From Candidatus Bathyarchaeia archaeon (GTDB taxonomy: Archaea; Thermoproteota; Bathyarchaeia; Bathyarchaeales; Bathycorpusculaceae), in the NCBI GenBank assembly GCA_038883775.1, contig JAVZLM010000005.1:109634-173633 (forward strand): a stretch of 64,000 bases of DNA, written 5' to 3'. The notes below the pieces were generated by a model, which saw only the letters and a program-made list of their open reading frames with translations, was not told where the DNA came from and searched no databases. Numbering within the stretch: the stretch's first letter is position 1; each line of letters begins with the position of its first letter. Both the position numbers and the translations under genes were made by a program. Below, in pieces: positions 48,283 through 58,917 of this stretch.

Positions 48283-48999
48283 TTGATTGGTGATGAAGTG
48301 TTTGCAAACGTTCTTTTAATGCTTCTATGCTATTTTTACATACTGCTAATAATTTTTGTTTCTGGCAGAATGGACAAAATTTTAGACATACAACGAAAGA
48401 CTTCCAGAAAATTCTTGCACATAATGATTGGAAACTTACCCTTCATAATTCCATTCTTTACATCAAACATTTACCCATTTCTTGTTGCAGCCCCCTTCAT
48501 ACCAATAACATTTTTCGCATCAGCCTATTCTCCATTTAAAAATTTAAGCACAAAAATGAAGGGACTTGCAGACATAACCGAGGAAGGGCATCAGTTAGGA
48601 CTGGTTTTTTATGCCATATCCTACACTGTTTTGGCTTTGTTTTTCGCTTTTAAACAGTATGTTATGGTTTTGGCAGCAGGTATTTTGCCTATGGCTTATG
48701 GTGATGCAGTAGCCTCTATAGTTGGAGAAAAGTTTGGCAAGAGAAAATATGGAGTTTTTGCAGAAAAAAGTCTTGAAGGCTCAGCTGCAATGTTCCTTGC
48801 CAGCTTCATCGTCTTCACCTTCAGCCTCTTCTATTTTTCTCTAATACTGCCATTCTCATTCGTAGACAAACTTTTCTCTGCGGTTACCGTGGCCGCAGTC
48901 ACAACCTTAGTTGAGGCGTTTACGCCATTAGGCTTTGACAATTTAACTGTGCCAGTCTTCGGCGCTTTGACCTTCTTCCTTTTGAACGGAGGATTGTAA
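48283..48999 (+). CDS. CTP-dependent polyprenol/phytol/dolichol kinase family protein
   Basis: SRKFLHI, YGDAVASIVG..FG, KSLEGS and DNLTVP. Confidence 0.88.
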   Translation: MIGDEVFANVLLMLLCYFYILLIIFVSGRMDKILDIQRKTSRKFLHIMIGNLPFIIPFFTSNIYPFLVAAPFIPITFFASAYSPFKNLSTKMKGLADITEEGHQLGLVFYAISYTVLALFFAFKQYVMVLAAGILPMAYGDAVASIVGEKFGKRKYGVFAEKSLEGSAAMFLASFIVFTFSLFYFSLILPFSFVDKLFSAVTVAAVTTLVEAFTPLGFDNLTVPVFGALTFFLLNGGL

Positions 49000-49004
49000 G
49001 CTCA

Positions 49005-49568
49005 TTGGTTTTTATAGTAATAGATGGGTTGGATGCTTCTGGAAAAAACACTCAAGCCTTTAGACTTTACAACTTTCTAAAAAGTAATGGAAAAACAGTC
49101 TATTTACGCTTTCACCCGTCAAACGACAATTTTTTTGGAATCAAAGCAAAACAATTTCTTTATTCAAAGGGTAGAAGCGCCCATTTTGCGGCAGCCCTCT
49201 TTTACATGGTTGATGTTATCCGTTCAATTCTGCTCTATTCTTGGAGAAAATTTGACTGCATAATTTTTGTCCGTTATTTGATGGGAACCGCTTACTTACC
49301 ATCACCATTACATACAATTGCCTACCACTTTTTCGCTTCAATGGTGCCAACATCAAATTTCATGTTTTTTCTCGACGTTACCCCCGAGGAAGCATATAAA
49401 AGAATACAACAAGTGCGGAAAAAACGGGAAATGTTTGAAAGCTTTGAGGAATTGGAAAAGATTAGGCGTAAAGCACTATATTTGGCGTTAATCGGCGAAT
49501 GGAAAATTATAAACGCAAACAGACCAGCAAAGGAGATAGAAAAAGAAATCATTGAGCATTTCTGTTAA
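49005..49568 (+). CDS. Thymidylate kinase-like P-loop kinase (atypical)
   Basis: IDGLDASGKNTQ, FLDV.PEEA..RI and MFE; VRY replaces DRY. Confidence 0.75.
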   Translation: MVFIVIDGLDASGKNTQAFRLYNFLKSNGKTVYLRFHPSNDNFFGIKAKQFLYSKGRSAHFAAALFYMVDVIRSILLYSWRKFDCIIFVRYLMGTAYLPSPLHTIAYHFFASMVPTSNFMFFLDVTPEEAYKRIQQVRKKREMFESFEELEKIRRKALYLALIGEWKIINANRPAKEIEKEIIEHFC

Positions 49569-49634
49569 CATGGTTGTTCTTGTTCTAAAAATTGGACTTA
49601 TAAGCCTCGCATGCTATGGATTTAATTTAGAGAA

Positions 49635-50093
49635 GTGTGGCACCCATTGAGTGAGGAGGATGAAGCCAAATTTGAATATGCGCTTCGGGGGAAGGACTGG
49701 AAAGTTTATTGGCTTCTCTTAAAAAACGGTCGCCCAATGAGTGTACGCGAAGTTCAAAGAGCCCTCCATTTCAGCAGTCCAAGCGTGGCGCAGCACCACC
49801 TTGAACAATTACGCGAATTAGGCTTGGTGCAGAAACATGACATCGGTGGACACTATTCTTTAGTTAGCGAAGTCAAAATCGGTGTGCTTAGACATTTCGT
49901 CAAGTTGGGCAGAATCTTATTTCCGAGATATTTCTTTTACGCAGTTTTCTCCACAACCTTCTACGTGGCTTATCTCCTATTTTTAATGCAGGGCTTCACA
50001 AGAGAAAACCTTTTCATAATCTTCTTTGGAGCCATAATTTCAGCAATATTTTGGTATGAAGCCATTCGCATATGGTCTCTGAAACCGTTCTAG
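49635..50093 (+). CDS. Membrane-anchored winged-HTH regulator
   Basis: SVREVQRALHFSSPSVAQHHLEQL..LGLV followed by two C-terminal TM helices. Confidence 0.85.
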   Translation: MWHPLSEEDEAKFEYALRGKDWKVYWLLLKNGRPMSVREVQRALHFSSPSVAQHHLEQLRELGLVQKHDIGGHYSLVSEVKIGVLRHFVKLGRILFPRYFFYAVFSTTFYVAYLLFLMQGFTRENLFIIFFGAIISAIFWYEAIRIWSLKPF

Positions 50094-50160
50094 TTTCTGT
50101 ATTAGGTTGTACTAGAGATTAGAATAAAATATGATGAAAATGCTTGTTTAAGTTAGGCGA

Positions 50161-51960
50161 TTGAGAATGCAGAAGGAAATTAAGAAGCGTGCGTACGTTT
50201 ATGGTTTTGCCGCTGTTCTCCTAGCAATATTGTTAGGCTCATTATGCTATAATCTTGGAGTTAATCCACAATTTGGAGAACCCACCAAGCCAACACCACC
50301 CATAGAGCCTTCCCCCGCCCCATCCCTCACAGCCTTAAGGACATTCTCATCCCTAGACGAGCTTAGAAGCTTCTTATCAAATAGCTCCGCGTTCATATTC
50401 TACGGACCTTTTGATTTTAAAATCTTGGGAATAGTCCCATTAGGACCTGAAGTGCGCACAGCAAATGTCGAATATTCAACAACAAACGTTCAGGTTGCTG
50501 GGGTGGACGAGGCAGACATCGTAAAAACCGAGGAGGGATACATTTATGTGGTGTCAAGCAACGATGTTTTCATTTTAAAAGCTTATCCGCCAGAAGAAGC
50601 TGAGTTAGTTTCAAAAATAACTTATAATGACACTTATCTTGTGGGAATTTTTGTAAGCCACAATAAGTTAGCTGTTTTAGGATGCAAATATTTTATTCCT
50701 TTAAAATTTCCATACGAGTATTTTGCCTACTATTGCCTAAACATCAAAACGTTCATAGACTTATATGACATTTCAAATAAGACAAACCCTGTGTTTCTGA
50801 AAAATTTCACGATAAGCGGAAGCTACTTCAATTCAAGAATGATAGGCGACTACGTCTATTTTGTTGTCAGCGAACCAGCCTACCTCCTCAATTACACGGT
50901 TATTCTTCCAAAAATTTACACAAAAGAAGGAATCAAAGAAATAGACGCCACTCAAATCTACTATTATAATGCCTCTGATGAGTACTATTTGTATACAACT
51001 GTTGTTGCCTTTAACATGCAAAACGTCACGGAAGAAACAACATATAAGACGATTATGCTTGGCGGAGCAAGCTGCATGTACGTTTCCTTAAACAATGTTT
51101 ACATAACATTTCAAGAAAACTACCAAAATACGACAATTTATAGGATACGCATAGAAAACAATACCATCACTCCCGAAGCTGTAGGCAGAGTGTTAGGGCA
51201 TCCGCTTAACCAATTCTCAATGGACGAGTATTATGACTACTTCAGAATAGCCACCAGCGAATGGGTGAACGGAAACATCCAAAATAACTTGTTCATACTA
51301 GACATGAACCTAAGCATCGTTGGAAAGCTAGAAAACATAACCCTTGCCTTTAACGAACGCATGGACTCGGCTAGATTCATAGGAAATCGCTGTTACCTCT
51401 CAACCTCAGTAGTTCAAAGAGACCCATTCTTCGTGATAGATGTTGAAAATGCCAGCGAACCAAAAGTTTTAGGCTACTTAAAAATTCCTGGTTTTACAAG
51501 CTATCTGCACCCATACGATGAAAACCATATCATAGGTTTAGGAATGGATGGAAGTAACGTGAAAATTTCCATCTATGACGTCAACAATGTCACGGCTCCA
51601 AAGAACATAACTGAATATAAGATTGATGGTTATTGGTCATACACTTTGGCTTTGACAGAGCATAAGGCGTTTCTTTTCGACGAAGTGAAGGAGCTTTTAG
51701 TTATTCCAGTGACTGTTTATTACCAAGACCCGCATTTAGAATACAATTTTCTCCCATGGTATGGCGTCTACGTTTTTAAAATAAATTTAGAGGAAGGCAT
51801 TGCTTTGAGGGGTAATGTTACCCAACAAGAGAATGATACTATCTATTATATAACAAGGGCGCTTTACATTGAAAATTTATTGTACACGGTTTCTGAAGCA
51901 AAAGTGCAAATAAACAGTCTAGAAAACTTGGAGTATATAGGAGAAATCAAGCTTCGCTGA
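50161..51960 (+). CDS. Secreted/membrane-anchored beta-propeller domain protein
   Basis: N-terminal TM, YSTTNVQVAGVDEADIVKT, LNQFSMDE, LKIPGFTSYLHP and HKAFLFD. Confidence 0.9.
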   Translation: MRMQKEIKKRAYVYGFAAVLLAILLGSLCYNLGVNPQFGEPTKPTPPIEPSPAPSLTALRTFSSLDELRSFLSNSSAFIFYGPFDFKILGIVPLGPEVRTANVEYSTTNVQVAGVDEADIVKTEEGYIYVVSSNDVFILKAYPPEEAELVSKITYNDTYLVGIFVSHNKLAVLGCKYFIPLKFPYEYFAYYCLNIKTFIDLYDISNKTNPVFLKNFTISGSYFNSRMIGDYVYFVVSEPAYLLNYTVILPKIYTKEGIKEIDATQIYYYNASDEYYLYTTVVAFNMQNVTEETTYKTIMLGGASCMYVSLNNVYITFQENYQNTTIYRIRIENNTITPEAVGRVLGHPLNQFSMDEYYDYFRIATSEWVNGNIQNNLFILDMNLSIVGKLENITLAFNERMDSARFIGNRCYLSTSVVQRDPFFVIDVENASEPKVLGYLKIPGFTSYLHPYDENHIIGLGMDGSNVKISIYDVNNVTAPKNITEYKIDGYWSYTLALTEHKAFLFDEVKELLVIPVTVYYQDPHLEYNFLPWYGVYVFKINLEEGIALRGNVTQQENDTIYYITRALYIENLLYTVSEAKVQINSLENLEYIGEIKLR

Positions 51961-51977
51961 AGCATTGTCTCATTCTT

Positions 51978-52523
51978 TTATATGATTATGTGGAGGACCT
52001 CTCCGATGAAGTAGGAGATTAAGGCTCCAGCAATTGTTATTGAGGCATATTTTAGTCCGCACTTGAATCGGTTTTCCTTTGTTAGTTTTCCAACGTAACT
52101 ACCTAGAACGAAGGCTAATATGATGCCGATTATGAAAGAGACCACTGTGGCGTAAAGTATGTCGCTTATTAGCTTGAATGGCGAAATCAAGAAGAAGAGG
52201 GCGACTATCGTGGCTATGAAGGAGAATAATCCGCTCATTCGAACCTCCTTTTTGGAATGGATTCTGCCTTCGGTTCCATGCTCAACTCCGTAAATTTGAA
52301 CAGCCCTTTCAGTTGATTGAGAGACAAAGAAGCCTACAGAGTTTCCAAGGGCGTCAGCCACTCCGCCCACAATGCCAGCTATTATTACAATATTTGGGTC
52401 TAGGGTAGCTCTTGCAACGCCGACTATTATGCCGAGGAAACATATTATGCCATCTGTTAATCCGAAGGCTACGCTCTCCATTAAATAGTGAACCTCAAAC
52501 TTTTCTGGCGTAGTCTTTTTCAT
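51978..52523 (-). CDS. VIT1/CCC1 family transporter
   Basis: FGLTDGI..GI.VG, ADALG.SVG..VS..E; 5 TMs. Confidence 0.85.
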   Translation of the reverse strand: MKKTTPEKFEVHYLMESVAFGLTDGIICFLGIIVGVARATLDPNIVIIAGIVGGVADALGNSVGFFVSQSTERAVQIYGVEHGTEGRIHSKKEVRMSGLFSFIATIVALFFLISPFKLISDILYATVVSFIIGIILAFVLGSYVGKLTKENRFKCGLKYASITIAGALISYFIGEVLHIII

Positions 52524-52649
52524 CTAATAACCTTCGTGAATACGTAGTATGGGGCTGGGAAGGCGATTTAAGGATTGTGCGTTTATTCTCTAAATTTAAT
52601 ACTTAAAAACAAGTGTTGACATTAAATTTTGGGAAATAAGCAGAAGAGA

Positions 52650-53951
52650 ATGATAGGCATGAGCGTTGGCGAAATTTTGGATGGAAAACTGACAGAAAAG
52701 GAAGTTGAAATAAAGGGTTGGGTAGTTACCAGACGCTCCAGCGGAGGAGTTCAATTCCTAATAGTTAGAGACGGAAGCGGAATGATACAAGCCACAATCC
52801 ACAAAGAAGATGTTGCATCACAAACATTCGAGGATGTGGATAGGCTAACCCAAGAATCGTCGATCATTGTTAAAGGCATAGTTAAAGAAGACAAGAGAGC
52901 GCCAGGCGGCTACGAGGTAAGAGTTAAGGATTTGAAAATTGTTCACTTGGCGATGCCAGAATATCCCTTAAGCAAAAAATCCCATGGCATAGACTTCTTA
53001 GCAAGCCTTAGGCATTTGTGGATAAGAAGCCCAAGACAAGTTGCAATTTTAAAGGTGAGGGCTGAGGTCATAAAGGCGTGCAGAGACTTCCTCGATGAAA
53101 ATGGTTTTACGCTAACAGACTCGCCGATTCTCACACCAGCAGCCGTTGAGGGAACAACCACGCTTTTCGAAACCCCCTATTTCGGCGATAAAGCCTTTCT
53201 AACCCAAAGCGGACAACTTTATGTTGAAGCCACAATTGCCGCTTTCGGCAAAGTTTACTGTTTTGGTCCAACTTTTCGTGCAGAAAAATCGAAGACTCCA
53301 CGCCACTTGACGGAGTTCTGGATGGTTGAGCCTGAAATGGCTTTCTACACTTTTGAGGATAACTTGAAACTTCAAGAAGAAATGGTAACCTTCATTGTTA
53401 AGCGGGTTCTTGAAAAGAGAAAGAGAGAATTGGAATTCCTAAAAAGGGATTTGGAGCCTTTGAGAAGGGTTGAGCCGCCTTTTGATAGGATAAGCTATAC
53501 GGAAGCAGTGGATAGACTGCAGAGGGCTGGTTATAGCATTGAGTGGGGAGAAGATTTAGGTGCACCTCATGAAAAGTTCATATCATTGCAATTTGAAAAG
53601 CCTGTTTTCGTCCATCGTTACCCAGCAAAAGCCAAGGCCTTCTACATGCAGCCAGACCCAGAAAACCCAGAGGTTGTACTCTGCGCAGATTTAATGGCTC
53701 CGGAGGGATATGGCGAAATAATAGGCGGAAGCGAGAGAATTCACGATTTAAAATTGTTGGAGCGAAGAATAGAAGAGTTTGGCTTGCCAAGAGAAGCTTA
53801 TGAGTGGTATTTGGATTTGAGAAGATACGGCTCAGTGCCCCATTCCGGATTTGGGTTAGGAATTGAGAGAGTTGTAATGTGGATTTGTAAGCTAAAACAT
53901 ATACGTGAAACCATTCCTTTCCCAAGAACTATCACAAGAGTCTATCCATAA
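52650..53951 (+). CDS. asnS: Asparagine--tRNA ligase
   Basis: [15 protein letters not shown]...[20 protein letters not shown] and [11 protein letters not shown]. Confidence 0.95.
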   Translation: MIGMSVGEILDGKLTEKEVEIKGWVVTRRSSGGVQFLIVRDGSGMIQATIHKEDVASQTFEDVDRLTQESSIIVKGIVKEDKRAPGGYEVRVKDLKIVHLAMPEYPLSKKSHGIDFLASLRHLWIRSPRQVAILKVRAEVIKACRDFLDENGFTLTDSPILTPAAVEGTTTLFETPYFGDKAFLTQSGQLYVEATIAAFGKVYCFGPTFRAEKSKTPRHLTEFWMVEPEMAFYTFEDNLKLQEEMVTFIVKRVLEKRKRELEFLKRDLEPLRRVEPPFDRISYTEAVDRLQRAGYSIEWGEDLGAPHEKFISLQFEKPVFVHRYPAKAKAFYMQPDPENPEVVLCADLMAPEGYGEIIGGSERIHDLKLLERRIEEFGLPREAYEWYLDLRRYGSVPHSGFGLGIERVVMWICKLKHIRETIPFPRTITRVYP

Positions 53952-54059
53952 AACAAAGTTTTGGCTATAAGAGATTAGCGATAGACATATTCACCAGAAA
54001 TACTTTAAAACATAATTGTATATGCTATACTTAGAGTAATTTTGGAGGATTCCTTAGGA

Positions 54060-56726
54060 GTGGGGACAGAAAATCTTGACAAAATTTTCAACCCAAAAAG
54101 GATAGCAGTAATCGGAGCCACAGACAGAGAAGGCTCCGTTGGCGCCAGACTTTTCAGGAATATGATTGGAGTTGGATTTGGTGGGGCGGTTTATCCAGTC
54201 AACCCCTTTAGAACCACTGTTCAAGGTATTACGGCTTATCCGAGCATCCTAAAAATTCCATGGCATGTGGACCTCGCAATCATAGCAACTCCAGCGCATA
54301 CAGTCCCGCAAATAGTTGAGGAGTGTGGAAAAGCTGGGGTTGGAGGAATAATAATTATTTCTGCCGGTTTCAGAGAAACTGGAAAAGAAGGTGAAGCCCT
54401 AGAAAAGCAAGTTCTTGAACTTAAGGACAAATATGGCATGCGGATTCTTGGACCGAACTGTTTTGGAATAATGAGACCAAAAATAGGATTGAACGCCACT
54501 TTCGCAAATAAGGCAGCCATGCCTGGAAAAATAGCCTTCATCTCCCAAAGTGCAGCATTATGCGCTTCAGTAGTTGATTGGGCTACTGAAGCCCACATTG
54601 GATTCAGCGCCGTAGTTTCCACGGGTTCAATGATTGATGTTGATTTTGGAGACTTAATCGATTATTTTGGAACAGACCCGCAAACAAGAAGCATAGTACT
54701 TTACATAGAATCCATCAGAAACGCAAGAAAATTCTTGAGTGCAGCAAGGGGATTCGCAAGGGCAAAACCCATAGTTGTCGTGAAGGCTGGAAGATTTCCA
54801 AGAAGCGTCGAAGCAGCAGTTTCTCACACTGGAGCCCTTTGCGGAGAAGATGCAGTTTATGATGCAGCCTTTAGAAGGGCTGGAATAGTCCGCGTTGAAG
54901 CCATAAGCGACCTATTCAACTGCGCAGAAACGTTGGCGATGCAGCCCAACCCAAAAGGTCCAAACCTAACCATAATAACAAACGCTGGTGGTCCAGGAAT
55001 TATGGCTGCAGATTTTCTCATAGCTAAAGGCGGAAAACTGACCTCTCTAAGCGCAGAGACTACTGATGCTTTAAAGAAGGCTTTGCCTCCCTACTGCAGT
55101 ATTATAAATCCAATAGACATTTTAGAAGAGGCTACTCCAGAACGATTCAGAAAAGTTATTGAAATCTGCCTCCAAGACCCAAACAGTGACGGTTTCTTAA
55201 TAATTTATACGCCCCAAGGAGCCACCGAGCCCTTGGCCATTGCAAAAATAATTTTGGAATTGTCAAAACAAACAACCAAACCCATTCTCACCTCTTTGAT
55301 GGGCGAAGTGGAGTGCCGAAGGGCTGGGCAGATTCTGCGAAAAAACAGAATCCCAGTATTCACAACTCCGGAACAGGCGGTTTCAACCTTCATGTATATG
55401 TATAGCTATACTCAAAACTTGGAACTTCTTTACCAAACTCCAGAAGAGCTTACAATGGAATTGGCAATTCCAACATTTCTAAAAGAAGTTTTAAGGAAAG
55501 CCTACAATGAAGGGCGAACAATCCTAAACCAGCACGAGTCTTTACAGTTCATTGAAGCCTACAAAATCCCAACAATAAAAACCCTAGTTGCAAAAACTTC
55601 TGAGGAAGCAGAAGTCATAGCTTCAGAAATTGGATGTCCCATAGTTATGAAGGCACTTTCGCCCCAAATAACCCACAAGTCAAAGGCTGAAGGAGTCATC
55701 CTAAACGTTTGGTCACCAGAACAAGCCAAAGTCCTTTTCGAAACATTAGCTGAAAGGGTTAAAAAGTACAGTCCAGAAGCCGAATTTCAAGGCGCCATTA
55801 TCCAACCCATGATTCAGAAAAAGCTTTGCGAACTGTTGATAGGTTCGAAAAAGGATAAGGAGTTTGGATCCATAATAATGTTTGGAATGGGCGGAACCGC
55901 CACAGAATTAATCCAAGACGTAAACATTGGGCTTCCACCCCTAAATCAGGTGCTTGGAAGGAGACTTATAGAAGGAACCAAAGTTTGCAAACTTGCAGAA
56001 ATGAGCGAAGGACGCTTTAATGTTAAGCTTTTGGAAGAAATTTTAGTAAAGTTTTCGCAACTCGTCATAGACTTTCCAGAGATAAAGGAGATAGAAATAA
56101 ACCCCCTCATAGTTGATGAGAATACTGCCTTAGCTGTGGATGCAAGAATAGTCATAGACCCAGAAAAAATTTTGCATGAACCTCGCTCCCATGAACACCT
56201 TGTTATTGCGCCGTACCCAAAAAAGTATGTTGCACAGTGGATTTTGAAAGATGGAACAGAGGTTACTCTTCGCCCAATAAAACCAGAAGATGAAGCGCTC
56301 CTGCGTGAATTATATTGTTCTCTTTCAGAGGAAACCATGAGGTTTAGGTTTTTCCAAGTTTTTAGAGAGGTAACCCACGAAACTTTAACGAGATATTGCA
56401 ACTTGGATTATGACCGTGAAATCGCCATAGTTGCAGAAATACAGAAAGACCAAAGAAAAATAATTGGAGTTGCTTTGCTTTCTCTTGAACCTGGCAAGAA
56501 AAATGGAGAATTCGCCGTCGTTGTGGGAGACCAGTGGCAAGGGCTTGGACTTGGATCCAAATTGATTGATTATATTATTGAGATTGGTAAAGAAATGAAG
56601 CTAAAGGCTATTTACGGTTTTGTAATTTCAGACAATTCGAAAATGATTCACTTATGCACAAAAAAAGGTTTTAGAATTGAACCAGTAGATAGCGAAACTT
56701 CCAAAGCCGTAATGGAATTAGCATAA
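54060..56726 (+). CDS. NDP-forming acyl-CoA synthetase-GNAT fusion (Pat/PatZ-like protein lysine acetyltransferase)
   Basis: CoA-binding, ligase and ATP-grasp domains (GPNCFG, SHTGAL, TNAGGPG, EINPL) plus C-terminal GNAT (GEFAVVVGDQWQGLGLG). Confidence 0.9.
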   Translation: MGTENLDKIFNPKRIAVIGATDREGSVGARLFRNMIGVGFGGAVYPVNPFRTTVQGITAYPSILKIPWHVDLAIIATPAHTVPQIVEECGKAGVGGIIIISAGFRETGKEGEALEKQVLELKDKYGMRILGPNCFGIMRPKIGLNATFANKAAMPGKIAFISQSAALCASVVDWATEAHIGFSAVVSTGSMIDVDFGDLIDYFGTDPQTRSIVLYIESIRNARKFLSAARGFARAKPIVVVKAGRFPRSVEAAVSHTGALCGEDAVYDAAFRRAGIVRVEAISDLFNCAETLAMQPNPKGPNLTIITNAGGPGIMAADFLIAKGGKLTSLSAETTDALKKALPPYCSIINPIDILEEATPERFRKVIEICLQDPNSDGFLIIYTPQGATEPLAIAKIILELSKQTTKPILTSLMGEVECRRAGQILRKNRIPVFTTPEQAVSTFMYMYSYTQNLELLYQTPEELTMELAIPTFLKEVLRKAYNEGRTILNQHESLQFIEAYKIPTIKTLVAKTSEEAEVIASEIGCPIVMKALSPQITHKSKAEGVILNVWSPEQAKVLFETLAERVKKYSPEAEFQGAIIQPMIQKKLCELLIGSKKDKEFGSIIMFGMGGTATELIQDVNIGLPPLNQVLGRRLIEGTKVCKLAEMSEGRFNVKLLEEILVKFSQLVIDFPEIKEIEINPLIVDENTALAVDARIVIDPEKILHEPRSHEHLVIAPYPKKYVAQWILKDGTEVTLRPIKPEDEALLRELYCSLSEETMRFRFFQVFREVTHETLTRYCNLDYDREIAIVAEIQKDQRKIIGVALLSLEPGKKNGEFAVVVGDQWQGLGLGSKLIDYIIEIGKEMKLKAIYGFVISDNSKMIHLCTKKGFRIEPVDSETSKAVMELA

Positions 56727-56748
56727 AGAAAAAATGTTTATAGCAGAT

Positions 56749-58794
56749 TTAGGTTTTACCGCGTTCTAACGCTTCCTTTACGCTTTCGTAAGCCTTTTTG
56801 GCTTCTTCCACAGCCACTCCGTCTTCTAATGTCGTAACATCGCCTATGGCTGCTCCACTGACAATCGCCTTCAAAAGTCTTCGCATAATTTTGCCGCTTC
56901 TTGTTTTTGGCACAGAATCCACAAAGGCTATTACTGCATCTGAAGCCACAAGGGGACCAATGGTTGCTCTCAAATGCATTTTTAACTCATCCGCAAGCTT
57001 CGGATTTGGCGAATAGCCATGTTTAAGCACTGTGAATATGAAGGGTATTTCGCCTTTCACTGGGTCTGCCTTGCCAATGCATGCTGATTCTGCAACGGCT
57101 GGATGCTTAATCATCGCAGATTCAATTTCTGCAGTTCCAATCCTGTGACCAGCAACTTTTAAAACGTCATCAGCCCTTCCCAATATCCACAAATACCCAT
57201 CCTTATCTTTTATGGCAAAATCTCCAGTGTAGAAGTAGGTTTTACCCTTAAACCTTGACCAGTAAACATCCACATACCTTTGAGGATTCTTATAAAGCGT
57301 CATAAGCATGGCTGGCCAAGGCGAAGTTATGGCTAAATATCCTCTGACCCCAGGCGGACATGGATTCCCATCATCATCCAAAACCTCTAATGTTACGCCC
57401 GGGAACGGATAACCATTTGTTCCAGGCTTAAGCGGAAATATTTTACCCAAACCTGGAAAATGTCCCGTCAACATCTGCCCTGTTTCTGTCATCCACCAAG
57501 TGCTTGAAGCGATTATGTCTTCTCTTCCAATGTTTTTGAAGTACCATTTGAAGGCTTCTGGGTTTATGGGTTCGCCCACTGAATGGCAAATTCGCACTGT
57601 GGATAGGTCGTATTTTTTGATGAGTTCTTCCGGAAACTTCATAAGCATTCTTATGGCTGTTGGTGTTGTATAGAAGAGTGTGACGCCATAGCGTTGAATT
57701 ATGCTCCACCACCTATCGGGTCCCGGGAAATCTGGTGCGCCTTCATACATTATGGACGTTAAACCGGTTAGAAACGGACCGTAAACTATATAGGAGTGGC
57801 CAGTAACCCATCCGATGTCGGCTGTGCACCAATAGATGTCGTCTTCTTTTACATCAAATATTAATTTCATAGTAGCGTACAATCCAACCGCATATCCACC
57901 TATTGGAATTTGGGCACCTTTTGGTGCGGCTGTTGTGCCAGAAGTGTAGAGGATGTAGGAGAAATCTTCTGAGCCGCATCTTTCAGCTGGAACCTTTATA
58001 TTTTTTGGAACATCTTTTATTAGTTCGTGATGCCAAACGTCTATTTGGCTATTCCAGGGTATTTCATTGCCAGCCCTTCTAACCACGATGATCTTTTCTA
58101 TTTTTACGCCGCTTTGTGCGCATATTTTTATGGCTTCATCCACTATTGGTTTGAGGCTGATTATTCTTCCTCGTCTATAGAAGCCATCAGCGGTAACGAT
58201 TATTCTTGAGCCCGCATCCATGGCTCTTGTAGCTAAGGCATCAGCACTGAATCCACTGTAAACTGCGCTGTGTTTTGCTCCAAGTCTTTGAAGGGCAAGC
58301 ATGTAGAAAGGCAGTTCTGGAATCATTGGCAAATATAATGTCACTATTTCGCCCTTTTTGACGCCAAGTTTCTCTTTTAGGGCATAGCTGATTACGTTCG
58401 ATTCTCTGTATAAGTCGTAATACGTAAACTTTCTAACTTCTTTTGGCTGTTCAAGCTTTTCATCCCATGGCTCGCCTTCCCAAATCAAAGCCAGCTTATT
58501 CTTTCTTCCCTGTTCAATCTGCCAGTCAGTGTCCAAATAGGCTAGGTTTGTTTCTCCACCTACAAACCATCTGTAAAATGGGGGGTTGCTGTCATCCAAC
58601 ACTTTGTTCCATTTCTTGAACCAGAAAATCTCGTTTGCCCATTTTCCCCACCATTCTTCCATGGCTTTTTTGTTGTTCACCGTGCTTTCGTACCATTTTT
58701 TAAAGTCGCTTTTATCCCATATGCGGTCTTTCCAGCTGGGCGGAATTATGTTAGCTTCAAATTCCTTGTAGACTTCTATTCCTTCCTTGGACAT
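56749..58794 (-). CDS. acs: AMP-forming acetyl-CoA synthetase
   Basis: YTSGTT, ADIGWVTGHSY, GEPIN, TWWMTETG and PKTRSGKIMRR. Confidence 0.96.
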   Translation of the reverse strand: MSKEGIEVYKEFEANIIPPSWKDRIWDKSDFKKWYESTVNNKKAMEEWWGKWANEIFWFKKWNKVLDDSNPPFYRWFVGGETNLAYLDTDWQIEQGRKNKLALIWEGEPWDEKLEQPKEVRKFTYYDLYRESNVISYALKEKLGVKKGEIVTLYLPMIPELPFYMLALQRLGAKHSAVYSGFSADALATRAMDAGSRIIVTADGFYRRGRIISLKPIVDEAIKICAQSGVKIEKIIVVRRAGNEIPWNSQIDVWHHELIKDVPKNIKVPAERCGSEDFSYILYTSGTTAAPKGAQIPIGGYAVGLYATMKLIFDVKEDDIYWCTADIGWVTGHSYIVYGPFLTGLTSIMYEGAPDFPGPDRWWSIIQRYGVTLFYTTPTAIRMLMKFPEELIKKYDLSTVRICHSVGEPINPEAFKWYFKNIGREDIIASSTWWMTETGQMLTGHFPGLGKIFPLKPGTNGYPFPGVTLEVLDDDGNPCPPGVRGYLAITSPWPAMLMTLYKNPQRYVDVYWSRFKGKTYFYTGDFAIKDKDGYLWILGRADDVLKVAGHRIGTAEIESAMIKHPAVAESACIGKADPVKGEIPFIFTVLKHGYSPNPKLADELKMHLRATIGPLVASDAVIAFVDSVPKTRSGKIMRRLLKAIVSGAAIGDVTTLEDGVAVEEAKKAYESVKEALERGKT

Positions 58795-58917
58795 TTTCAC
58801 TTCACCCTTTCGAGGATTTTCTTTACAAAAATTATTTACCATATTTATAGGTTTAGGTTGCGAAAATATGGAATTATTGTTGGTTTATATCAAAAATAGA
58901 AAAGGGTGCAGAAAGGT

